Shown here: one piece after another, positions 1-9,275 of the stretch
How the letters are laid out: every line of letters starts with the position of its first letter
Numbering within the stretch: position 1 is the stretch's first letter
The notes under the pieces: generated by a model
Seen by the model: only the letters and a program-made list of their open reading frames with translations
Database searches by the model: none
Told to the model about the DNA's origin: nothing
Program-made: the position numbers and the translations under genes
Source: Candidatus Babelota bacterium
GTDB lineage: Bacteria > Babelota > Babeliae > Babelales > GCA-2401785
Direction of reading: 5' to 3'
DNA length: 64,000 bases
Assembly (NCBI GenBank): GCA_016871815.1
Contig: VHBT01000002.1
Location: 17,359 to 81,358 of the forward strand

Positions 1-2835
1 ACCATCTACAGAAACTGCAGCAAATTTTGTTGCTGAACCGATTGCGATATCTCTTCCCATGCAACCAGCAATAGTTTGGTCAGCTCCACCTGAAGGTCTC
101 ATAACAATTGTTCCATCATTTTTGAGCATTAAGATAGCATCATCAGTTCCAACAACTATTTTTTTGATTCCAGAAGCCAGTTGTTCACTTGTTTTTTTAA
201 CCAAATCAACCTTCACAGCATTTCCAGAACCATCAACACCATACAAACAACCATCTGAACCTGCTGCCACAGAAACCAAATTCAACTGCGATCCATCAAC
301 AAGAGCAAACGGCCCTGCAAATCCTGCTGAAGAAACATCGGCCTGAGGAGAAGGCGCTGGAACAACATCCTCTAGTGCCCAAGTACCAAAAGAACCCACA
401 TCCGCTATTGTTGTCGATCCATTATCAAAGACAGTCACCTCTTGCAGCCAATTAGAAGATCCTTCTGTAGGCTTGAAAAGATATCCATTAACCGAGGTTA
501 AATAGCCACTTAATGCTTGATTGAAAAATGAAATACCAAGAGGAATTGGAGATGAAGATGCACCCGCAGCTCCTGTTGCTCCCGCAGAAGGAGATTTAAA
601 AGAAGGATAAACAATCCAATTTGTTGCAGGATACTGAAGTTTTTCATCAGGAGGATTTCCACTACATGCAACAGCAGGAACATCATAAACCCGCAAAAGA
701 GAATCTCCTGAAGGAGTTGATAACATATCAAGATTTGGAACCGCAAAGTTTACAGAAAGTGGCGGTTGCTTCTGAACAGCAAGCAACGTTCTTTTTGTAA
801 CACGATCAACCAAGCGAATTCCATCACCTGCACCAACTGCAACCCCACCTTGTTGAGCAGAAAGTCCTATTCCCGGCGCAACCATCCATTGCCCAGCAGA
901 TGACTTATCCGAAACACAGGTAAGATAAAACACTCCTGGATAAGAAGGATGAGCAACATTACTCACCGCTAAATATTTTCCAGACTCAACGTGTCTCAAC
1001 AACGAAACAGCCCCATATCTGATACCAGAAAAACTCTCTGACTCTAAATTACTCGAATCAAATGGAACATAAGTCGGCATTGTTATACCATAAAATTTTT
1101 TCAATTTCGCGATAGCATCCGCATCACCTCGTCCAGCACATCGCTGTAATACTTCTCGAGGAAAAATATCTTTAAGACGCCATAGCGTCATGACAGATCC
1201 CGCTGTTCCCATTGCCAAATCACCTGCTCGCGCACTAACCTCCAAAACAGACCGCACCCCTGATATTGCGTCAAAGTTACCATCTGGCGTTCCTTTTATT
1301 TTAGGCATCTTCCAAGGTAACTCTTTTTTCGAAACATCCATTCCCCCAATTGGCTGAGTCATATACACGCCATGATCTGGGTCTTTAGCTCCATCATGAG
1401 ACCATGCACCACCTTTTATTCGTTGAGCTCTAAATCTAAATTGCAAAGCTCCCGTCCAACTCGATAGCCCTAAATCAATCCCATTTCGTGCAGCTGGGAA
1501 AGCATTAATAGTTGAAACTCGACCAACACCCCATTTGCCATCCCCTGGCCACTGAAAAAAGGTATTTGCTAGCGCCTGAGGCTCTGTAGTCCTCATCCAC
1601 CCATTCACAACCGGAAGCCAACTTCTTGGTTTTGATTTATACGTATCAATACACATAGCTGGATTATCTGTATTAAAGAACGCCCGCTTGTTAGCACCCC
1701 AAACATATACACTAAACTTTTGTACAATTTGCCCCTGAAGCCCACCCTGATCAACATTTCCACCAACGGCGGTAACTTCATCAACTCCTAAATCCAAACT
1801 CCAAACAGCAGGACCCCCCTTCTGAGTTGTCCAATCAGTATCTTCTTTTATCTTTACCCCAACACCAAAGTCAGGTTCTGAATCTTTAGAATAAACCGGC
1901 ATAGCAAGAGCCTTTGTTGTTCCTGAAATATTACTTGCAAGAGCAAAATACGCGCCCTTTAATACATAAGAAACTCCGGTACTTACCAAAGATGTGTCAT
2001 ACTTGTCTCCCTTGTGAGTCAACATGTACCAATTATCATTAACAGTTCCAACGCCAGAACCATTTCCTGCAAGATTTACCAAAGTATATTTATCTTTTAC
2101 CGGGCTTGAAGTACCTTCAAAAATAAGACTGTAGGGAGATTTTATATTAGTTAACGCAAGATTTCCTTTGCGAACAACGTTCTCTAAGCGAAGCTGATTT
2201 TCTGAACCATACATAACCAAAGGTTCTAAAGGATTATTAAACCTATCGCCATCCTTGTGCGGTCCTTTTACCATCCAATATTGATTTTCGGCGTATGCTG
2301 GAGCGGCAGACGCAAATGCAAGCATCCCAACATCACCGCCCTTTGCCCATTCAATTCCAGGTCCTGCGGTCAGTCGTTTTTCAGGGTTCAAAAGATTATC
2401 GACTCTGCTCGACTCAGGATACTGATTATTAACCGGAGCTTCCACTGAAATAATTCCTGTTGGATGTGCTGCACGGTATCTATATGTAACACTATTCGTC
2501 GTTTTTGTTTTAGAAAAATAATCATCAAGAGTGTCATTTGCCGATGATAATGTAATAACACTTCCATAAGACAAAAAATTAACATTCTTCAGTTGACTTT
2601 CCAGAGTTCCAACACGAGCTCCTTTTGATGCAGGCAAAGGCTCCAGCCTAGTGCCTCGGATTTTTTTATTAAAAGCTTGGATATCAAAAGCGCCACCTCC
2701 GACAGCCTGTCCTTCTCGCATCCTAGTTGGAACTGTTTTTTTATTAACAGATGGCTGACTCGCAAACAAACTAAAATCATGCACAAACAATGATGCTATT
2801 AAAAAAAATATTCTTAAAACAAACTTAATCGCCAT
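1..2835 (-). CDS. Large secreted protein of unknown function, 3'-truncated by the window edge (at least 945 codons); C-terminal part has lectin/beta-propeller-like repeats
   Basis: Absent from the supplied ORF track. Hand translation of the minus strand from ATG at 2835 (MAIKFVLRIFFLIASLFVHDFSLFASQ..., signal-peptide-like) is uninterrupted through base 1. The last part reads ...LVSVAAGSDGCLYGVDGSGNAVKV...IVVGTDDAILMLKNDGTIVMRPSGG...IAIGSATKFAAVSVDG. The track apparently drops ORFs with no in-window stop. Confidence 0.8.
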   Translation of the reverse strand, partial: MAIKFVLRIFFLIASLFVHDFSLFASQPSVNKKTVPTRMREGQAVGGGAFDIQAFNKKIRGTRLEPLPASKGARVGTLESQLKNVNFLSYGSVITLSSANDTLDDYFSKTKTTNSVTYRYRAAHPTGIISVEAPVNNQYPESSRVDNLLNPEKRLTAGPGIEWAKGGDVGMLAFASAAPAYAENQYWMVKGPHKDGDRFNNPLEPLVMYGSENQLRLENVVRKGNLALTNIKSPYSLIFEGTSSPVKDKYTLVNLAGNGSGVGTVNDNWYMLTHKGDKYDTSLVSTGVSYVLKGAYFALASNISGTTKALAMPVYSKDSEPDFGVGVKIKEDTDWTTQKGGPAVWSLDLGVDEVTAVGGNVDQGGLQGQIVQKFSVYVWGANKRAFFNTDNPAMCIDTYKSKPRSWLPVVNGWMRTTEPQALANTFFQWPGDGKWGVGRVSTINAFPAARNGIDLGLSSWTGALQFRFRAQRIKGGAWSHDGAKDPDHGVYMTQPIGGMDVSKKELPWKMPKIKGTPDGNFDAISGVRSVLEVSARAGDLAMGTAGSVMTLWRLKDIFPREVLQRCAGRGDADAIAKLKKFYGITMPTYVPFDSSNLESESFSGIRYGAVSLLRHVESGKYLAVSNVAHPSYPGVFYLTCVSDKSSAGQWMVAPGIGLSAQQGGVAVGAGDGIRLVDRVTKRTLLAVQKQPPLSVNFAVPNLDMLSTPSGDSLLRVYDVPAVACSGNPPDEKLQYPATNWIVYPSFKSPSAGATGAAGASSSPIPLGISFFNQALSGYLTSVNGYLFKPTEGSSNWLQEVTVFDNGSTTIADVGSFGTWALEDVVPAPSPQADVSSAGFAGPFALVDGSQLNLVSVAAGSDGCLYGVDGSGNAVKVDLVKKTSEQLASGIKKIVVGTDDAILMLKNDGTIVMRPSGGADQTIAGCMGRDIAIGSATKFAAVSVDG

Positions 2836-2968
2836 CACCAAATATCCTGCATCCGCTAGCAATCAATATCAGGGGAGAATGGTATGCGTTCAAGAATACA
2901 AAAATCAATATCTAATTTAGATTCTTTTTTTAATACCGAATCTTTTTTAATCCCTTATTCAAGAACAA

Positions 2969-5188
2969 CTATTTTTTGTCGTTCGCGGCACCAACTTCTT
3001 CAGAAACATGCATAAGTAATAATTTTGCAGCTTTTGATTGATCTTTTTTATATTTTCTTAATAAACGAAGCTCTTCCAAAAAATATTCCGATTCTGATTT
3101 TGAAACTTTTTTCAAATCACCTACAAGTTGAAGCATTTCTTTAAACCTATCCATGCCAGGAGAAGACAAGGCTCTTTTTACTTTTTTATAAAACTCAACA
3201 TCTATAAATGCTTGCTCGGCTCGAATTATCCATGAAGAAAATCCATTCAATTTTGCAACCGATACTATTTTTAAAAGCAAATCAACTAACTGCTTAATTT
3301 CACCTTCAGACATATGTTTTTTATCGGCAACAAGAAGCATCATAATATCCCAAAAGTCATTTCGATCATCGATCGATATTTTTAAACTCATACCATCAAG
3401 AATTCGTAATAACTTTTCCATTTTTACCACATAAGATTGTTCTAATTTTATTTGCGAAAGCTTTGAAAAAAATGATTGCGTAACAACAGTTTCAACACCC
3501 CCAGCTTCAACTTTTGACACGGTAAAAACAACTGATTTTTTAGAATGAGAAGATCGCTCACACGAAACCAAGTTCGACCAACCATCAGCGCCATCACCCC
3601 TCAAAAAGCCTATCACGAGACCCGTTTTTTTTGATTTCAGCATACATTCATCACCAACAACAAGCGGTCCTGAAACTTCATCGATGCCAAAGAATGGAGA
3701 CGAAACAACAAAAAGAGTATCATCTCCCTCTCCGAGATCTTCTAAACTAGAAGCCTGCAAGCGTCCCTGAGTTCCATCCACCTTAACCACGCATCGCACT
3801 TCACCAATTTCATCAAGATGGGGGAATGACAACTCTACTTCATCACCATAAAAAATAGGTCCTGTTTTTCCAACTGAAGAAACAAGCGAACATAAATCAT
3901 ATCCAGGAGCAAAAGATTGTCGTGCACCAAGTCCAACTTTAAATTCTTTTGCAATAGCATCTGCGCGCGAAACTAAATGTGGTATTATCGAAAAACAAGA
4001 ACCTTGCTGTTGCTTTGATGAAATTTTTAAACAGTCTGAATATTTCAAAGAGTATGCTAACAATCGCTGATTTAAATCGTACAGCCATTCAGAAAAATAT
4101 TTTTTGTGCTCCCCAAATCCTGTTTTTACAGAAAGCTGAAATAGCAATTTTCGAGCAGCTACTAATGCATCTTTATCCAGTGTCATTCTTGCCGAAAAAA
4201 TAGTTGAAAGAACTTTAAAAAAAAGTTTGTAATTTTTTTCAACAATACGAGTATTCAAATTAGGCGCAAGAACAATCATCCAATCAATTTTTTCGCTCGC
4301 TCCAGGCATCAACTTTATACGATTCAAAGCTGCCTCTAAATTTTCATTTTCAAGTTTTTTTACTTTTTCAGTGTCAACACGCTCAACACAACCATCCCAT
4401 GCATTACAACCTGAAGAACGAAGTGAAACTTGTTCGCCAACATACAAAGGATTTTTTTCTTTTTTGACAACACTCAAGGGAGAATACATTCGCTCTTGTG
4501 CAGGAGAGCAAACGGCCAAAAGAATACTATCTTCAGCACCCTGAGAAGAAAAACAATACAACGCTTTTTCGTCATCAAATGCACAACAAATTCCCGAGCG
4601 CTCACAATACAACGGCACAAGTTCAATTGCATCGCCCCCCAAAATAATTTGCGGCTGCTCTCCCGGATGACTAACACCAGAAAGGGCTACTTTAAAATAA
4701 GCTGAAAGTCCGTCAGCTCGATCGTTTTCAACAACAGGGATATTATTTTTCATACGAACCGAGAAACAGTTATCTCGTTCTTTAAAAAAGCGCATTTTAA
4801 TAATTTCACCATTATTTAATGCAAACTTCTGTAAATCAGCTTCCAAGACATCTTTCCAATAAGCAAAGACACCTTTGTGCTCAGTAAAGGCAGAGACTTT
4901 GGACGCAAGTATATTTTTAACAAGATCCAACAACCCCTTAAGGATCGAAACATTTCCCAAGGTCCGCTGTTTTAAAAGCCCCAAAACAGCTTGCACAAAA
5001 TCACCAACCTGAGCATCGCTTGCAAACCCTCTATGAATCGCTCGCAAAACATCTCCGTATGCCTCAATGCGCTCAGAACCACTCAAATCTTGATAGCGAG
5101 CCTTTGCCAACTTGGTCTCAAAAACATCCCCAGATGCCCCAACAAAAGATCCAATCAAAAAAATAATCAAAAGACTTTTTACGCGCAT
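2969..5188 (-). CDS. Secreted hypothetical protein (739 aa) with an internal two-fold duplication
   Basis: Long ORF with N-terminal signal-like MRVKSLLIIFLIGSFVGASG. Two halves share motifs: FTEHKGVFAYWKDVL...CFSVRM versus FGEHKKYFSEWLYDL...CFSIIP. Confidence 0.7.
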   Translation of the reverse strand: MRVKSLLIIFLIGSFVGASGDVFETKLAKARYQDLSGSERIEAYGDVLRAIHRGFASDAQVGDFVQAVLGLLKQRTLGNVSILKGLLDLVKNILASKVSAFTEHKGVFAYWKDVLEADLQKFALNNGEIIKMRFFKERDNCFSVRMKNNIPVVENDRADGLSAYFKVALSGVSHPGEQPQIILGGDAIELVPLYCERSGICCAFDDEKALYCFSSQGAEDSILLAVCSPAQERMYSPLSVVKKEKNPLYVGEQVSLRSSGCNAWDGCVERVDTEKVKKLENENLEAALNRIKLMPGASEKIDWMIVLAPNLNTRIVEKNYKLFFKVLSTIFSARMTLDKDALVAARKLLFQLSVKTGFGEHKKYFSEWLYDLNQRLLAYSLKYSDCLKISSKQQQGSCFSIIPHLVSRADAIAKEFKVGLGARQSFAPGYDLCSLVSSVGKTGPIFYGDEVELSFPHLDEIGEVRCVVKVDGTQGRLQASSLEDLGEGDDTLFVVSSPFFGIDEVSGPLVVGDECMLKSKKTGLVIGFLRGDGADGWSNLVSCERSSHSKKSVVFTVSKVEAGGVETVVTQSFFSKLSQIKLEQSYVVKMEKLLRILDGMSLKISIDDRNDFWDIMMLLVADKKHMSEGEIKQLVDLLLKIVSVAKLNGFSSWIIRAEQAFIDVEFYKKVKRALSSPGMDRFKEMLQLVGDLKKVSKSESEYFLEELRLLRKYKKDQSKAAKLLLMHVSEEVGAANDKK

Positions 5189-5332
5189 TGCTTCGCCTCT
5201 TTGTAAACAAAAATGAGCATAAATTCCTATTTTAAAGCTTGTCTGCTATACTCTCAGAATTATTATTCAAATTACGCTGACACCTTACCAAAGAAATGCA
5301 TTGCCGTGTCAACGCTCCCCTGAGGTTTTATC

Positions 5333-6922
5333 ATGCAACATATTTTGGCCCTTGCGCCAGTTGCGCTTACACTTTTTATCGCCTTTCAAACTCGAAGAAT
5401 GGTTCTTGCGTTTATTTCGGGAATACTTTCTGCAAGCCTTATTTATAAAGATTTTTCGCCACTTGGAGCAGTCACTTTTTCGATTACTCGATTTGCTGAA
5501 AAAATAGAGTTTTTTAACCTTTTTAATCTGTCTGCATTCTTTTCTAGCACTCGATTATTTATCTTTATTTTTTTAATCGCCGTCGGATGCGTTATTGAAA
5601 TAATTAGAATTTCTGGGGCAAGCACGGCATACGCTCAATTCATAAAAAAATACATCAAAGCTCGTCAACAAGCTGAATGCGCAACTCTGGGACTCGCATT
5701 ATTTCTCTTTTTTGATGACTATTTTAATACCATCACAACAGCTTCTGTGATGAAACAAATAACAGATTTGTTTGGGATTGCCCGAGTCAGATGCGCACAG
5801 CTGATCGGAAACACTTCAACTTCGATTGCTGCAATCATGCCTCTTTCAACCTGGGGTGCGGCAATCGTAGGTACACTTGCAAGTGCTGGAATCAATATGG
5901 ATACAACTGGTCTTATCCCACAGAATGCTTTTTTTGTCTTTTTATGGTCAATTCCTTTCGCGCTTTATCCTATTTCATTAATTATCGTGACATGGATAAC
6001 AACACTTGAAGGAACTCTGATCGGATACGCCCAACATGAACAGCATCTTGCAGACCTCAAGTCTTCACACCATGAACCAACGGGACATCATCATTTTATT
6101 GAGCCAGAAAAAAATACGGCAACTCTGACTGATTTTTTTATCCCAATTATTACGCTGATTGCCTCATTAATTCTTGCAATTTTATACACCGGGAAATTCT
6201 ATCTCATCTCTGGGAATAATAGCCTTTTTGAAGCTATCAACAACTGCAAACTTGAACTTTCGATGTTTATGAGTGGCATATACACTCTCTTGGTAACCGT
6301 TAGTTGGTTTATTATTCGCAAAAAAATCAAACTGCTCTCTTTTTTAGAATGCCTCAAGGAAGGCTTTTTAATGATGTTCCCATCAATTATTATTCTTTCC
6401 CTTTCGTGGACCTTTAGCAGTATCATTTCACAAGAACTTTCCATCGGAAAAATAATCATCGAGCAGCTACTCCCACTCTTTTCGATGAACTATCTTCCAC
6501 CAGCTTTTTTTGCAGTTTCAGCTTTAACCGCGTTTTGTCTTGGATCATCGTGGGGAACCATGACCCTGCTCTATCCAATCGCGATTCCGATGCTTGCTCA
6601 TCTACAATCTGGAACATTTGACATACTGCTATTTAAAACAATCGGTGCAATTTTGTCTGGCGCCGTTTTGGGCAACAACACATCGCCACTTGCAGACCTT
6701 GGAACCATGACCAGCTCAGTAACCAACATCTCGCAAATGGAATACATCAAGGCTCAAATCGATTTTAACAAACCAATCGCTTGGGCAATCTTCTTAACTC
6801 TAGTGGCAACAAGCTTTATAGAAACGCCCTCATACACCATTAACTTATTTTCATGCTTGAGCATGGCTATTTTACTTTCCTGGATTGGCGTAAAAACCTA
6901 TTCACAACTTGAGCAACAATAA
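5333..6922 (+). CDS. Polytopic membrane transporter, NhaC-type Na+/H+ antiporter family-like
   Basis: 529 aa with many hydrophobic helices. The segment FFDDYFNTITTASVMKQITD...STSIAAIMPLSTWGAAIV resembles the conserved core of NhaC-family (PF03553-like) carriers, as I recall it. Confidence 0.5.
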   Translation: MQHILALAPVALTLFIAFQTRRMVLAFISGILSASLIYKDFSPLGAVTFSITRFAEKIEFFNLFNLSAFFSSTRLFIFIFLIAVGCVIEIIRISGASTAYAQFIKKYIKARQQAECATLGLALFLFFDDYFNTITTASVMKQITDLFGIARVRCAQLIGNTSTSIAAIMPLSTWGAAIVGTLASAGINMDTTGLIPQNAFFVFLWSIPFALYPISLIIVTWITTLEGTLIGYAQHEQHLADLKSSHHEPTGHHHFIEPEKNTATLTDFFIPIITLIASLILAILYTGKFYLISGNNSLFEAINNCKLELSMFMSGIYTLLVTVSWFIIRKKIKLLSFLECLKEGFLMMFPSIIILSLSWTFSSIISQELSIGKIIIEQLLPLFSMNYLPPAFFAVSALTAFCLGSSWGTMTLLYPIAIPMLAHLQSGTFDILLFKTIGAILSGAVLGNNTSPLADLGTMTSSVTNISQMEYIKAQIDFNKPIAWAIFLTLVATSFIETPSYTINLFSCLSMAILLSWIGVKTYSQLEQQ

Positions 6923-7004
6923 ATATTTGCCTAAATAATTGTCATAAAGCTCCGCTTACTGGCAGCCTAAACCTTGTTATTACCGTCAAAAAGATAGGAT
7001 ATAT

Positions 7005-7481
7005 ATGAAAAAAGGTTTTTTAGGAAAATATAGTCCACTGCTTTGGAATATCTTGATGGGCATACTCAGCCTTGCAACTGTTTATTCAACCGTTTCAGTC
7101 ATTCTTATCCAAGGTGTTTTAAAAAAAGTTAAAACAAAAATGGAAGAAGCAAAAGAAAGCATGGAAACCATCGTCGATAAATTCAAAAAAGCCGGTGAAA
7201 AATACAACGAAGAAATCGAAAACCTCAAAAAAGAAGTAAAAAAACTCAACGGGTCTGCAGAAGGTAACGAAAAAGAAAAAGATTCGGAAAAGAAACCTGA
7301 AAAAAAAGAGTCTAAAAAAGATGTCGACAAAGACGAAAAATCTGAAGACAAAAAAGAAAAAGATGCCGATAAAAGCGAAAAAAAGAAGTCCGCAGACTCA
7401 GAAAAAGATAAATCCTCAGACAAAAAAGAATCAAAAAAAGACGATGAAATAGAATTCAAAGACGACTCGGATTCAAAGTAA
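7005..7481 (+). CDS. Membrane-anchored protein with a coiled-coil segment and a K/E/D/S-rich disordered tail
   Basis: 158 aa. One TM segment (LLWNILMGILSLATVYSTVSVILI) is followed by KEKDSEKKPEKKESKKD-type low complexity over purine-rich DNA. Confidence 0.55.
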   Translation: MKKGFLGKYSPLLWNILMGILSLATVYSTVSVILIQGVLKKVKTKMEEAKESMETIVDKFKKAGEKYNEEIENLKKEVKKLNGSAEGNEKEKDSEKKPEKKESKKDVDKDEKSEDKKEKDADKSEKKKSADSEKDKSSDKKESKKDDEIEFKDDSDSK

Positions 7482-7492
7482 ATGATAAAAAA

Positions 7493-7531
7493 TTAAGTAG
7501 GGCGAAGAACAAAATTCCACACCCTACTTAA
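7493..7531. terminator. Stem-loop between convergent genes (possible bidirectional terminator)
   Basis: ttaagtaggg (7493-7502) pairs perfectly with ccctacttaa (7522-7531), a 10-bp stem with a 19-nt loop. It lies between the stops of the 7005..7481 (+) and 7551..8735 (-) ORFs. Confidence 0.4.
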
Positions 7532-7550
7532 TGAAAGTTTTAAAAATTAT

Positions 7551-8735
7551 TTAATCTATGAATGTCCACGCAAAGTTCTCTGCTGTCTCATTAATATTAA
7601 TAACACCGCTCTCCCTCCAGCGATATCCCACGCGCCGATGGTTCATAGTCTTAACGAGCGGTTGTTCATCGCGTTTGTATAAGCTCACTGTCCCACAAGC
7701 TGCAAATAATCTGCAAAAAATTCCATTTGTTCCATAAAAAAGTTTTCTCAATTTTTTATTTGAGTCATTAGAAACTGTTTCAAAATGATTTAAAAGCAGA
7801 TCAATTCCTCCATAATTCACCAAAAGATTATGCAGTTGCGTCATTTTATCCCACCATTCACCAGCTGAATTATCTGCACGCAGCGGTACATTAAAAAGCT
7901 CAAAAATTCGAGTAAATAAGCTCTTTCCATTGTCCATATCCGCCTCGAATGATTGATCTGAAATTTGGTTATTCCCAACAACAGCTAGTGCCCTCAGCGT
8001 TGGAAGAGTAGAAACCGCTAAAACAGGCCCAAGGGCTGTATCATTCTGATGAAAATAGGTCACAGCGGGCCCAGCATTTGGTGCAACAGTATGACCGTTC
8101 GCCCTTCTTCTAAGACGATTTAAACATTTTTTATATTGCGCGATTAAAGGAATACGCTTCCAATAAACGGCTGCGGCCAAGCCAAATCCTGCAACCAAAG
8201 CCTTACCCCAATGTTTTTGCATCATCGCTTTTTCTACAAAGCAAGACTGCAAAAAGTTTAGCAAATATCCAGGTGCATCTTTTTCACACCCATAAATAGT
8301 TACAAGTGCATGTACTTGCTCCACAGAGCGCAGCGCTTGTTTTTCCAACCGAAAACCAACCACAAAGGCTTCATCGATCGATGACACAACAAACTTAACC
8401 ATCGTTTCATCTGCCTTGACTCTACTTAACTGCACAACCGTCATTCGTCTGCCGATAAAATCGAACCATTTTTTTATAGCAGGCGAGGTCGACGACGCAA
8501 CACCATACCGACCTTGAAATGTCGCAAACTTTTCGTACAACAATTCATCGGTATGCGCCATGCCAAATACTATTTCTTGCTCGGTCGCAGGAAGAGTATC
8601 AACCACTTCATACGCAAACGAAACTTTCAAAATCCCCGGAAAGGAAGACCGGTGACTAGAAATAGTCTCAGCTCCAACGGTCATAGATGCACAAACAAGC
8701 ATCACTAAAACAATCATTCTTTTTATCATCAACAA
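7551..8735 (-). CDS. Secreted or membrane hypothetical protein (394 aa)
   Basis: Long ORF with signal-like N-terminus MLMIKRMIVLVMLVCASMTVGA and an internal hydrophobic segment ALVAGFGLAAAVYW. No family recognised. Confidence 0.6.
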   Translation of the reverse strand: MLMIKRMIVLVMLVCASMTVGAETISSHRSSFPGILKVSFAYEVVDTLPATEQEIVFGMAHTDELLYEKFATFQGRYGVASSTSPAIKKWFDFIGRRMTVVQLSRVKADETMVKFVVSSIDEAFVVGFRLEKQALRSVEQVHALVTIYGCEKDAPGYLLNFLQSCFVEKAMMQKHWGKALVAGFGLAAAVYWKRIPLIAQYKKCLNRLRRRANGHTVAPNAGPAVTYFHQNDTALGPVLAVSTLPTLRALAVVGNNQISDQSFEADMDNGKSLFTRIFELFNVPLRADNSAGEWWDKMTQLHNLLVNYGGIDLLLNHFETVSNDSNKKLRKLFYGTNGIFCRLFAACGTVSLYKRDEQPLVKTMNHRRVGYRWRESGVININETAENFAWTFID

Positions 8736-8876
8736 TAACCTTTTTTATTTTTTAAGATTAAACGCTTCTCTAACCTCAAATGTAGATCTTCCTTCATAAA
8801 ACTCACAAAAAATATCACTTGCTCCAAAAAAAATCATTTTTTACAAAAACATAAAAAGTAGGTTTTCAATAAGAAA

Positions 8877-9275
8877 CTAACACGCACTCAAAACAACAAC
8901 CGCCGACGAACAGCAGCCCTCATGGGAAAGAGAAACAGAAATATCATGCAGGCCTGCAAGAAATTCACTTGTAATCATTATTAATGGCTGGTTGTTTTCT
9001 TTTTTTTCCACAAAAAAAGAACGCGAAAGTGTCAAAAATGGCGGAATATCACTCTTTTTTTGTATCACAAAAGATGAATAGGCCTTAAAAAAAGCCTCTT
9101 TCACCGCGTACCGGGAAGCCAAAAAAAGCTTTGCTCTTTCAGCATTTTGGAGAAAAAGTTCTTTAAATTGCGCAACCTCTTGTGGATGAAAAACTCTGAG
9201 CAGCATACGATCTGAATACAAATACCAATGTAAAAAACGGTTGTTTTTTACAATATCAATACCAACAAAGGTCAT
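8877..9275 (-). CDS. acpS: Holo-[acyl-carrier-protein] synthase (4'-phosphopantetheinyl transferase)
   Basis: 132 aa. GIDIV start, FLASRYAVKEAFFKA and ISVSLSHEG...AVVVL match AcpS motifs. 4-bp overlap with the upstream comM-like gene. Confidence 0.8.
   Translation of the reverse strand: MTFVGIDIVKNNRFLHWYLYSDRMLLRVFHPQEVAQFKELFLQNAERAKLFLASRYAVKEAFFKAYSSFVIQKKSDIPPFLTLSRSFFVEKKENNQPLIMITSEFLAGLHDISVSLSHEGCCSSAVVVLSAC

Noticed and set aside
7082-7459. 125-aa minus-strand ORF (Ser/Phe-rich) opposite the K/E-rich protein gene
   Set aside because: It is the mirror image of a purine-rich low-complexity coding region. The plus-strand ORF has a TM anchor and a sensible start, and the antisense frame is open only because of the composition.
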